64,000 bases of DNA from an uncultured Nitrososphaerales archaeon. Its GTDB lineage: Archaea > Thermoproteota > Nitrososphaeria > Nitrososphaerales > Nitrososphaeraceae. The translations under genes and the position numbers were made by a program. A model generated the notes under the pieces. It was not told where the DNA came from. It saw nothing but the letters and a program-made list of their open reading frames with translations, and made no database searches. The DNA is taken from positions 96,001-160,000 of the forward strand of contig CAVPXM010000055.1 in the NCBI GenBank assembly GCA_963709405.1, written 5' to 3'. The number at the start of each line of letters is the position of its first letter. Positions within the stretch are counted from its first letter, which is position 1. Shown here one piece after another: positions 54,006 through 61,994 of this stretch.

Positions 54006-54246
54006 TGTTATTCCTTTGCGTCCTCTAGTCCAATGCAACAGTCCGCACTCTTGATACATTCCGGACATAGGCTCACAGAACAATTCGGCACTAATGACAG
54101 ACCGCATAGGGCACATCTCTTTTTAGCTGCAGTGTCGATCAAGTTGTTATACGCCACGAAAATATATGACGTCGACACTATATAATTCATAATTTTAAAC
54201 ACATATCATACTTGGAAATTCGAGGAAAAGCGATGCAATCTTCCGC

Positions 54247-54252
54247 AAAAAA
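54247..54252 (-). terminator. Oligo-T tract, probable original terminator of the epimerase gene, now displaced by the element
   Basis: With the element removed, the minus strand reads TAA-GTTAAAGAAG-TTTTTT right after the mce stop. Confidence 0.4.
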
Positions 54253-54265
54253 CTTCTTTAACTTA

Positions 54266-55253
54266 AAACCTATCCGAAAACTAGTTGAGTTTTATTGGGT
54301 TATAAGCAAACTGCATTTAATCAATAAAGCTAAGCTGTACTGCACTTTCTTCTGAGTTGTATTGATATCAGGTGCTACTGGAGTTGATTCATCGTACTCC
54401 ATACCTGATATTGTATGGGACAGACAGAATCATTGCATTGCGCTGCTACCGTCACCATCATCAATACATTGGAATAGAAAAAAGACTGGTCGTCCAAGAA
54501 TGAATGACAGGACGGCCATGAATGCTATTTTCTACGTCTTAAGAACTGGATGTCAATGGAAGGCTCTACCAAGAAGTCTTGGTGCTTCAAGTACAGTACA
54601 TGATAGATAGATTCCAAGAGTGGAGGAAAGAAGGTGTATTCAAACGCATGTGGATCGATGGATTGTCAGTATATGATTAAAATAATAGAATAGATTGGAA
54701 ATGGCAGGCTATGGATGGATGGTGTTATTACAAAAGCACCTCTTGGGGGAAAAAGTACAGGACCAAATCCCTACACACAGACAGACAGAAGTAAATCAGG
54801 TACAAAGCGTAGTATATTGGTGGTAGATGGTAAAGGAGTTCCTATTGGTGTATCCGTAGATGGTGCTAACAGACAGACATGATATGAAAATGAGTAAAAC
54901 AACACTTCAGAGTATAGTAGTAATCTATAGACCTGAACCAACAATCAGATCAAAGCAGCACATGTGCCTTGACAAGGGTTATGACTTTCCTGAAGTATAC
55001 GAATTACTAGAAGAAGAGTATGGTTATACAATTCACATCCGATTAAGAGGAGAAGAAAGTAGCAACATAAAAAGAGAAAAATTACCTAAATATAGAGCTA
55101 GACGATGGGTCGTTGAAAGGACTCATTCTTGGATGAACCGGTTTAGACGCTTGTTAATTAGATGGGAGAAAAAGGTAGAGAACCATACTGCGAAGTTACA
55201 TTTTGCTTGTGCTTGGATCACTTACAGAAAAGCAGGAATTTTCGGATAGGTTC
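54266..55253 (+). mobile_element. IS5-family insertion sequence (IS1031/IS427-like), 988 bp, defective
   Basis: Right IR TTTTCGGATAGGTTC at 55239-55253 pairs with the left IR; followed by TTA; transposase stop TAG lies inside the right IR. Confidence 0.9.
54362..55249 (+). pseudogene. IS5-family DDE transposase pseudogene
   Basis: GRPR...NAIFYVLRTGCQWKALP...STVHDR, LDKGYD and RWVVERTHSWMNRFRRL motifs; in-frame TAA at 54678 and several 4-bp duplications that shift the frame. Confidence 0.9.
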
Positions 55254-55557
55254 TTAGTCAAATTACAACGGTTCACCCTCCATATCTAACATTACTTCTT
55301 TCATGATGTTTCAATCCAGTATTAGTCAAATTATAACATTTTCTCGCATCTCATAGAGTTTAATGTTACTAATTGCGAATCCGGGAGCAACTAAGTTTCA
55401 ATCCTATATTAGTCAAATTACAACCATCAAGGCGAGATGTGTGAACACCGCCTAGTCATTGTTTCAATCCTATATTAGTCAAATTACGACACAACAACAT
55501 ACACACCTACAATCTCAGATGAAGAGTGTTTCAAATCTATATTAGTCAAATTACAAG
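55254..55557 (-). CRISPR. CRISPR array with 30-bp repeat (minus strand GTTGTAATTTGACTAATATAGGATTGAAAC), 4 full repeats + 1 half repeat, 4 spacers; no cas genes in window
   Basis: Repeats at 55254-55269 (half, cut at TTA), 55308-55337, 55395-55424, 55461-55490 and 55528-55557; unique spacers of 38, 57, 36 and 37 bp; the 3' ATTGAAAC end indicates minus-strand orientation. Confidence 0.93.
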
Positions 55558-55581
55558 CTCAACTACTTTTCGGATAGGTTC

Positions 55582-55986
55582 TTAATGGGCTCGTCTGCTA
55601 TCCTCACACAATTCTACTAAAACCCCGTTCATCGATTTAGGGTGAAAAAATGTGATTCTTCTATCATAAGAGCCCTTTCGGACATCTCCCAACATCCTAA
55701 TCCCATTGCTGCATGCCCTGGAAACGTCCTCCTGTATATTATCGGCAGTAATTGCGAGGTGATGGAGTCCCTCTCCATTTCGGTCAAGGAATTTATTGAT
55801 GGGACTATCTTTAGCAGTAGGTTCCATCAATTCTATTCTAGTATCTTCCAAATTCAGTATAGCAACTTTTACCTTCTCGTTCGGAACATCTTCTATGTGT
55901 ATCTGATTTATTCTAAACAACTTTTCATAGTTCTTCAAAGCTAGCTCTATATTATTAACTGCTATGGCAACATGATCAATCCTCAT
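55582..55986 (-). CDS. mce: Methylmalonyl-CoA epimerase
   Basis: IDHVAIAV, IELMEP, GEGLHHLA and FFHPK..NGVLVELCE motifs; clustered with the mutase. Confidence 0.94.
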   Translation of the reverse strand: MRIDHVAIAVNNIELALKNYEKLFRINQIHIEDVPNEKVKVAILNLEDTRIELMEPTAKDSPINKFLDRNGEGLHHLAITADNIQEDVSRACSNGIRMLGDVRKGSYDRRITFFHPKSMNGVLVELCEDSRRAH

Positions 55987-56125
55987 GGTTTAGTATTAGA
56001 TTGGCTCTACTTATTATTATTAACTTACTTTGAACGATTTCGGCTCTTATCGGTCACATAGGTGTCTAAAGATATTCTAATTTACCAATGAAGCGTATAT
56101 AAGTTGCTATATCGAAACTAAATAA

Positions 56126-56224
56126 ATGAAACAACCAACTCGCCGGACCTTTGCTTTCAGCTCTAAACGCAGTGGAAGCAAGAAGATTGCCAAGGCTGAC
56201 AGACGACTTCGAAATAAGCCCTAG
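56126..56224 (+). CDS. Unannotated very basic 32-aa peptide MKQPTRRTFAFSSKRSGSKKIAKADRRLRNKP
   Basis: Translated by hand; 12/32 Lys/Arg; TATATAAG at 56096-56103 at leaderless-promoter spacing. Confidence 0.55.
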   Translation: MKQPTRRTFAFSSKRSGSKKIAKADRRLRNKP

Positions 56225-56343
56225 CCAGCCTTGGTCATTTCATACTACTGCTTTTTCTCATGACATCTCTACTTTTGTTTATTGATTCGATCATTTTGAA
56301 AGTATATGCTGATCGATTGATCTAAACGAGCTCCCAGAAAATC

Positions 56344-57942
56344 CTAAAATGATATCCTAGGCTGGTATGAACCGAATACCTGCTTGAACGAATTGTTTAT
56401 CTCTCCTAAGGTTACGTGATATTTGATGGCGTTCACAATGTGCGGCATTACATTATCCTGCCCTTCAGCGACAGTTGTGAGTTTATTCAAGGCTGCATTG
56501 ACTTTTGATCTATCACGCGAGTTCTTGAACTCTTTTAATCGCGTAACCTGTCTACCTTCAATGGTTGAATCTACGAGGTTTAGGTTGGGTTCAACGCTTG
56601 ACGAGTCCTGAAATTTGTTCACTCCTACAATTATACGCTCATGCTTATCGATCTCTTGCTTCAGTTGGTATGCATTGGTTCGAATTTCATCTTGAAAGAA
56701 CCCCTTCTCGACCGCAGCCAATGCTCCCCCCATCCTTTCAATTCTTTTCAGGTACTTCTCTACTCGGTCTTCAATTTCAGAAGTGAGGTTTTCCACAAAA
56801 TATGAACCTCCTATAGGATCTACAGTCTTGGTAACACCTGTTTCAGCTGCTATTATTTGTTGAGTTCTTAGTGCTATCTTGACGGCATCCTCAGTAGGGA
56901 GAGCCAAAGCTTCATCCTTAGAATTTGTATGAAGAGATTGACAACCTCCGAGTATTGCGGCCATAGCTTGAGTGGCAACTCTAATGATGTTATTATCAAC
57001 CTGCTGCGCAGTCAGAGATTCTCCGCTAGTCTGTACGTGAAACCTTAAGTGTAGAGACTTTTCATCCTCCGCATGAAATCGCTCCTTCATTATCCTGGAA
57101 TATATTCGTCTCGCCGCTCTGAATTTGGCAATTTCTTCAAAGAATTCCATCGTGCAGCAAAAGAAAAACGAGAGCCTAGGGGCAAATTGATCAACTTTCA
57201 ATCCCCTCTCAATGCAGGTATCAATGTATTCGATCGCGTTAGCAAATGTAAATGCTAGTTCTTGTACCGCATTTGCACCAGCTTCTCTCATGTGGTACCC
57301 GGAAATGCTAATTGGATACCAAAGTGGGACATGTTGAGAGCAATACTGTATCATGTCCCCAATTAATCTAATCGATGGCTTGGGCGGATATACATAGGTG
57401 TTTCTCGCGATGTATTCTTTGAGGATATCATTTTGTGTTGTTCCTCTCAATTGGCCAGGAGAAACGCCTTGAGATTCCCCAACGACTAAATATAATGAGA
57501 GCAGAGTAGATGCCGTAGAATTTATCGTCATTGAGGTACTTACCTTTTCTAGAGGTATAGAGTCAAAACAGGTCATCATATCATTAATTGAGCTTATGGC
57601 TACGCCCGTTCGACCAACCTCTCCCTCGGCAACAGTATCATCCGAATCGCGACCAGTCTGTGTTGGGAGATCAAATGCTAAGGAGAGTCCAGTTTGGCCA
57701 TGATCTAACAAAAATTTGAATCTTTCATTTGTTTCCTCCGCACTACCAAAGCCACTATACTGACGCATCGTCCAGAGTCTTTCCCTATACATCTTGGGGT
57801 AAATCCCTCTAGCAAAATACAACACTCCAGGCTCATCATCCTCGATTTTGTCGGCAGGCAGATCTCCTTTCTTGTATACTTCCTTAACAGGTATTCCTGA
57901 ATCAGTCTTAACTTTACTTGTTTTCATATAGTTTTCCATCAC
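56344..57942 (-). CDS. Methylmalonyl-CoA mutase, large (substrate-binding) subunit
   Basis: WTMRQYSGF, GLSLAFDLPTQ, QNDILKEY, SISGYH and SLHTN motifs. Confidence 0.96.
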   Translation of the reverse strand: MMENYMKTSKVKTDSGIPVKEVYKKGDLPADKIEDDEPGVLYFARGIYPKMYRERLWTMRQYSGFGSAEETNERFKFLLDHGQTGLSLAFDLPTQTGRDSDDTVAEGEVGRTGVAISSINDMMTCFDSIPLEKVSTSMTINSTASTLLSLYLVVGESQGVSPGQLRGTTQNDILKEYIARNTYVYPPKPSIRLIGDMIQYCSQHVPLWYPISISGYHMREAGANAVQELAFTFANAIEYIDTCIERGLKVDQFAPRLSFFFCCTMEFFEEIAKFRAARRIYSRIMKERFHAEDEKSLHLRFHVQTSGESLTAQQVDNNIIRVATQAMAAILGGCQSLHTNSKDEALALPTEDAVKIALRTQQIIAAETGVTKTVDPIGGSYFVENLTSEIEDRVEKYLKRIERMGGALAAVEKGFFQDEIRTNAYQLKQEIDKHERIIVGVNKFQDSSSVEPNLNLVDSTIEGRQVTRLKEFKNSRDRSKVNAALNKLTTVAEGQDNVMPHIVNAIKYHVTLGEINNSFKQVFGSYQPRISF

Positions 57943-58862
57943 CCTAGTAGATTATCTGCTAATAGTTCAGCAGCACGGTATGGATCGATCCTTTTGTGAA
58001 CAAGCTCGTCAACCAGACGATTATACATATCATTTTTGCTCGTTAACATCATATGAAATTTCTGAGTGAGTATATCTATGGCCATTTCTTTAAGTTCAGA
58101 CTCCAGCATTATCTTTTCTTTTGCTTTGTAATTAATATTTTTTGAGTTTAGTAGATTTGAAATTGTAAGAGCAAGGTCTTTAATTCCCTTTCCCGATCTG
58201 ACCGAAGTCTTTGTGATTATGGGCTTCCTGTCAATGTTACCAACTAAATCTAAGATAGAATTGAATAGAGTCATAGATCCTTCGAGATCTGCTTTATTTA
58301 TAACGTACAAGTCTCCAATTTCGTTAAGTCCGGCTTTTACAGCTTGAATTTTGTCACCTGTCTGAGGACTCAAAACTACGACTGTTAGATTGACTACATT
58401 GGCTATGTCAACTTCTAATTGCCCAGCACCTACACTTTCTACTAAGATTAAACCATATCCTGCCGCATCCAAGACTCTTATAACGTTTCTCAGTGACTTT
58501 GAGATTCCTCCCGAAGCCCCCCGCGATGCCAAACTCCTCATGAAAACGCTGTCATCATCAGATATCCCTTGCATCCTAACCCTGTCCCCTAAGATAGCTC
58601 CACCAGTCACCGGACTAGACGGATCAACAGCTAGTACCGCAGTCTTGTGACCTAATTGCTGAAAATATGATATCAATTTTCCTATCAGTGAACTCTTTCC
58701 TGCCCCTGGAGCGCCGGTAAATCCCACAGTCTTTGCTCCTCCTGTCATACTAAAAATTTCCTTGATCAATTCGTGCGATTCTGGTTCATTATTGTCTATA
58801 ATCGTTATGGCCTTAGCCAATGACCGTCGATCCGAATTAATAACCCCTTCTACCAAAGACAA
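57939..58862 (-). CDS. meaB: Methylmalonyl-CoA mutase-associated GTPase MeaB/ArgK (probable start TTG 58862)
   Basis: GAPGAGKSS, AVDPSSP.TGGAILGDRVRM, ESVGAGQ and NKAD motifs. Confidence 0.93.
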   Translation of the reverse strand: MSLVEGVINSDRRSLAKAITIIDNNEPESHELIKEIFSMTGGAKTVGFTGAPGAGKSSLIGKLISYFQQLGHKTAVLAVDPSSPVTGGAILGDRVRMQGISDDDSVFMRSLASRGASGGISKSLRNVIRVLDAAGYGLILVESVGAGQLEVDIANVVNLTVVVLSPQTGDKIQAVKAGLNEIGDLYVINKADLEGSMTLFNSILDLVGNIDRKPIITKTSVRSGKGIKDLALTISNLLNSKNINYKAKEKIMLESELKEMAIDILTQKFHMMLTSKNDMYNRLVDELVHKRIDPYRAAELLADNLLG

Positions 58863-58992
58863 TATAGTTAATCCATCAATGAAGATTCTAAATACCTTTT
58901 TGCTATAACAATCGAGAGGAATGTACAAAAGAATTGAAGTCTGAAAAACAGCATGTTTAAACCTAATATATCTAGTATAACTAGTTCTTACG

Positions 58993-59418
58993 ATGCTATC
59001 AGGACAACAGAGACAAAAGCCCATCAGAGTGCTTGTATCAAAGCTTGGACTGGACGGCCATGATAGAGGAGCACTTGTTATTTGTAGAGCACTTAGAGAT
59101 GCTGGTATGGAAGTCATCTATTCAGGCTTATTTTGCACACCTAGCCAAGTGACAAAAATTGCAGTTGAAGAAGACGTTGATGCCATAGCAATGAGTTTGC
59201 TGAATGGGGCCCATTTAGTACTATTCTCGAAAGTGGCTCGTCTTCTCAAAGAAAGAGGTGTTAATGATGTACTGGTAGTGGGCGGAGGTATCATTCCCGA
59301 GAAGGATAAGAAATTGCTCGAGATGGAAGGAGTAATGGGGAATTTTGGTCCTGGGACCCCACTATCGGACATTATCAGCTACATATCAGATAATGTCGTA
59401 AGACGCAAGATTCGATAA
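58993..59418 (+). CDS. Methylmalonyl-CoA mutase small (B12-binding) subunit
   Basis: GLDGHDRGA (DxHxxG), S.L.GAH and GGGIIP motifs. Confidence 0.95.
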   Translation: MLSGQQRQKPIRVLVSKLGLDGHDRGALVICRALRDAGMEVIYSGLFCTPSQVTKIAVEEDVDAIAMSLLNGAHLVLFSKVARLLKERGVNDVLVVGGGIIPEKDKKLLEMEGVMGNFGPGTPLSDIISYISDNVVRRKIR

Positions 59419-59661
59419 GATAAGAACGGGTTAGTTAGTGTACATATTAATTGGCTTTCGATAACTCGATTAACTGGCACTAATCCAGGAATAATCTTAG
59501 AGAATATTTGTGAGGCCTCGCGAAATCGCAGCGCGATAAAATAAAGGTAGGTTGGTTCGTTTAGGGCGTGGCCCAGCATTGAGAAATTTCATTGCAATTG
59601 CCACCGGTTTATGATATTCAAAAAAACCGGGGATATAGGATTGACTTGAATGTCCAGTTTG

Positions 59662-60210
59662 TTACCTTACATTTGGGTATCTTTTTATTCTAACTGGATA
59701 TTCTACCTTACTGAGTATCTGTATCCGCCTTATGCCATCCACTTTCTCAATTAGTAACGCAACGCTAGAAGGAACTAACTGATTCCATGGCCTCTCGCGC
59801 GCAATTAGGTTCCTAATATTCGTACCGTTGTAGGCTCGCTTTTTCACGAATGTCGGAGACTGAACTTGAACTTGAGTCCCAACTAAATATTTTACGAATT
59901 CATTCCCGGAATACAAAACATGAAATTCAGGAACTAGAGATCGGAGATGTGCATACCACGTTGAATTATTTTCATCATTGATGACTGGAATGATGTAGCA
60001 TCGTTCAACGGGAATGCTTGACTGCAAAAGAGCGCTATGAATCATCAATATCCTCTCGCCCGCAGTGAATGGGTCGGTATACAGGTAATTGAATTGCGCG
60101 CTGCCCACAACTATTATTAGCTCTTGACAATCCTTGAAAACAGAATCCACGAGGTAGAGATGACCTTTATGAAACGGTTGAAATCTTCCCACTATTAATC
60201 CTCGTTTCAA
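59662..60210 (-). CDS. nadM: Nicotinamide-nucleotide adenylyltransferase
   Basis: GRFQPFHKGH, GSAQ and PFTAGER motifs. Confidence 0.93.
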   Translation of the reverse strand: MKRGLIVGRFQPFHKGHLYLVDSVFKDCQELIIVVGSAQFNYLYTDPFTAGERILMIHSALLQSSIPVERCYIIPVINDENNSTWYAHLRSLVPEFHVLYSGNEFVKYLVGTQVQVQSPTFVKKRAYNGTNIRNLIARERPWNQLVPSSVALLIEKVDGIRRIQILSKVEYPVRIKRYPNVR

Positions 60211-61887
60211 TCCTTCCCAAGATCACCTAAAGTGTCAATTTTTAGTCTATCGATTGTTTCTTTTTCAATTTTTTTGAACAGAGGTACTACGTTTCCTATG
60301 TTGTGGGCCGGTTCTATTGTCATTTCTGCAGATGAAGACCATCTTTGTTGGTGGACGCTACCTCCAATATTCAATTGCGCCCAAATTTTATCTGATGAAA
60401 TTGGAATGAATGGTGCCAAAACAATTGCAAGAGTCCTAACGGCGTTTATAGAAATATACAAGGTTGTACCTGAAGAAGAGCTACTACTCCAAGGCTCGCT
60501 TACCCTGAAAATACTGGTTCAAACATGAACTGAATAACAAGATCTCTTTAATTGCTCTATTCATCTGGTTCGCGCTAATAAGAGTCCCTACTTCTGCACC
60601 TATATTTTTGATCCTTGTAATGGTTTCTATATCGGAAGTTTCTAGGCTTGAAAATTGAGGCACCGATTTTGCGAATGTATTTTTAATGAATGAAAGAGTT
60701 CTGTTTATGAAATTACCTACATTTGCGATAAGTTCGTTATTAATCTTTTCATAAAACACATCCCAATCAAAATTTACGTCATCTTGCGAGTATGGAGTTA
60801 TAGATGCAAGATAAAATCTAAGGTAATCCGGATCAAAATTCTCAGTGAAGTCGTTAATACTGATATACCAGTTCCTACTTTTGGAAATCTTTTTATTTTT
60901 TAGCATTAGATGTCCTCTTGTCGGTAAATAATCAGGCAGCTTGTATTCTTCGTTAATTCCTAGCCGAATTGCTGGAAGAAAGAGGTAGTGATGATAAACT
61001 ATATCCTTCCCAATAAAATGATATATCGTCGATTCATTCCAAAGCTTCTTTCCATCTCTATGTGACTCCCTAGCAAGTGCCAATAGTGAAGAAATGTAAC
61101 AAATATGATTATCAAACCAGCCATAAAAAACTTTACCATTGGCATCATTAGTTGGTATCGGGATCCCCCATTCAATGTCTCGAGTAATATCCCAATCGAC
61201 CAGCCCATGATCTATCCAATTAAGAACGTACTTTATTACATCATGTTGTAAGTTGGCATTAAGAGTCAACCATGATCTCAGCTTATCAGAGAATTCTGAT
61301 AGTCTAAAGAAATAATGATTGCTAATTTTCTTTATTGGAGCAGCTCCGCAAATTCCACATCTAGGGTCAAGAATTTCTTCCGGAACCTTCCCACAATTTT
61401 CGCAGAGATCGGAATATTGGCCTTCTGCACCACAATTTGGACATTTTCCAACCACAAATCTGTCAGGCAAGAATTTATTATCAACTGGACAAAAGGGTTG
61501 AATGACCTCTTTTTCATAAATATGTCCGTTTTCCAATAATTTATTAAAAATGCTCTGCACCAGTGACTTATTATCTGGCGAACTTGTCTTTGAGAATAAA
61601 TCAAAAGTTATACCGAGAGAATGAAAATCATTAACATCACGCTTGTTCCAGTACTCGACATATTCACTAGGTGATTTTTTTTCCTTTTCAGATCTTATAA
61701 GAATTGGAGTGCCATAGTCGTCAGACGCACATATATGAAATGTCGTCAAACCTGCAAGACGACTATATCTGGTAAAAATATCCGCTGGGAGGTAGGTAGA
61801 GGCAATATGACCCAAATGGATCTGTCCATTTGCGTACGGAAGGGCGCTTGTAACAATGATACTCTTTGAGTGAGTTTGATTTGGCAT
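60207..61887 (-). CDS. metG: Methionine--tRNA ligase, split by a probable 1-bp insertion near 60498
   Basis: ALPYANG..HLGH, GKDI and KISKS motifs; the downstream ORF continues the anticodon domain (LAPFIP). Confidence 0.95.
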
Positions 61888-61994
61888 TCCTTGAGCTACT
61901 ATAATAATAAAACGTCATAATTTATCTTTATTATCGAGTATTGATGATCGTTCTCCTTGTCACCGGCTTGAGCTACGAGATGATTTTACAAAAG

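Larger units (their letters stand above)
54266..55581 (+). mobile_element. Composite IS5-derived element carrying a CRISPR mini-array; 24-bp outer inverted repeats and TTA target duplication
   Basis: Left IR 54266-54289 AAACCTATCCGAAAACTAGTTGAG versus right IR 55558-55581 (reverse complement GAACCTATCCGAAAAGTAGTTGAG), 22/24 identical; TTA at 54263-54265 and 55582-55584. Confidence 0.82.

Noticed and set aside
54008-54202. 64-aa Cys-rich ORF beside the element
   Set aside because: It could be a real zinc-finger micro-protein, but the start is unclear and I recognise no family; it lies outside the TTA-bounded element.
55430-55453. AGGCG…CGCCT hairpin inside spacer 3
   Set aside because: Only a 5-bp stem, which is not distinguishable from chance.
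54266-55581. Interpretation as a CAST or TnpB/IscB RNA-guided transposon
   Set aside because: No Cas, TnpB/IscB, TniQ or TnsC-like ORF in the element or window; the only protein remnant is an IS5 DDE transposase.
58863-59117. N-terminal extension of the 392-aa MeaB ORF
   Set aside because: It is antisense to the B12-binding subunit gene and spans the divergent promoter region; MeaB homology starts near 58862.
59633-59644. ATATAGGATTGA matches 12 nt of the CRISPR repeat 3' end
   Set aside because: The match does not extend, has no spacer-spaced neighbour or IS end, and is plausible by chance in AT-rich DNA.
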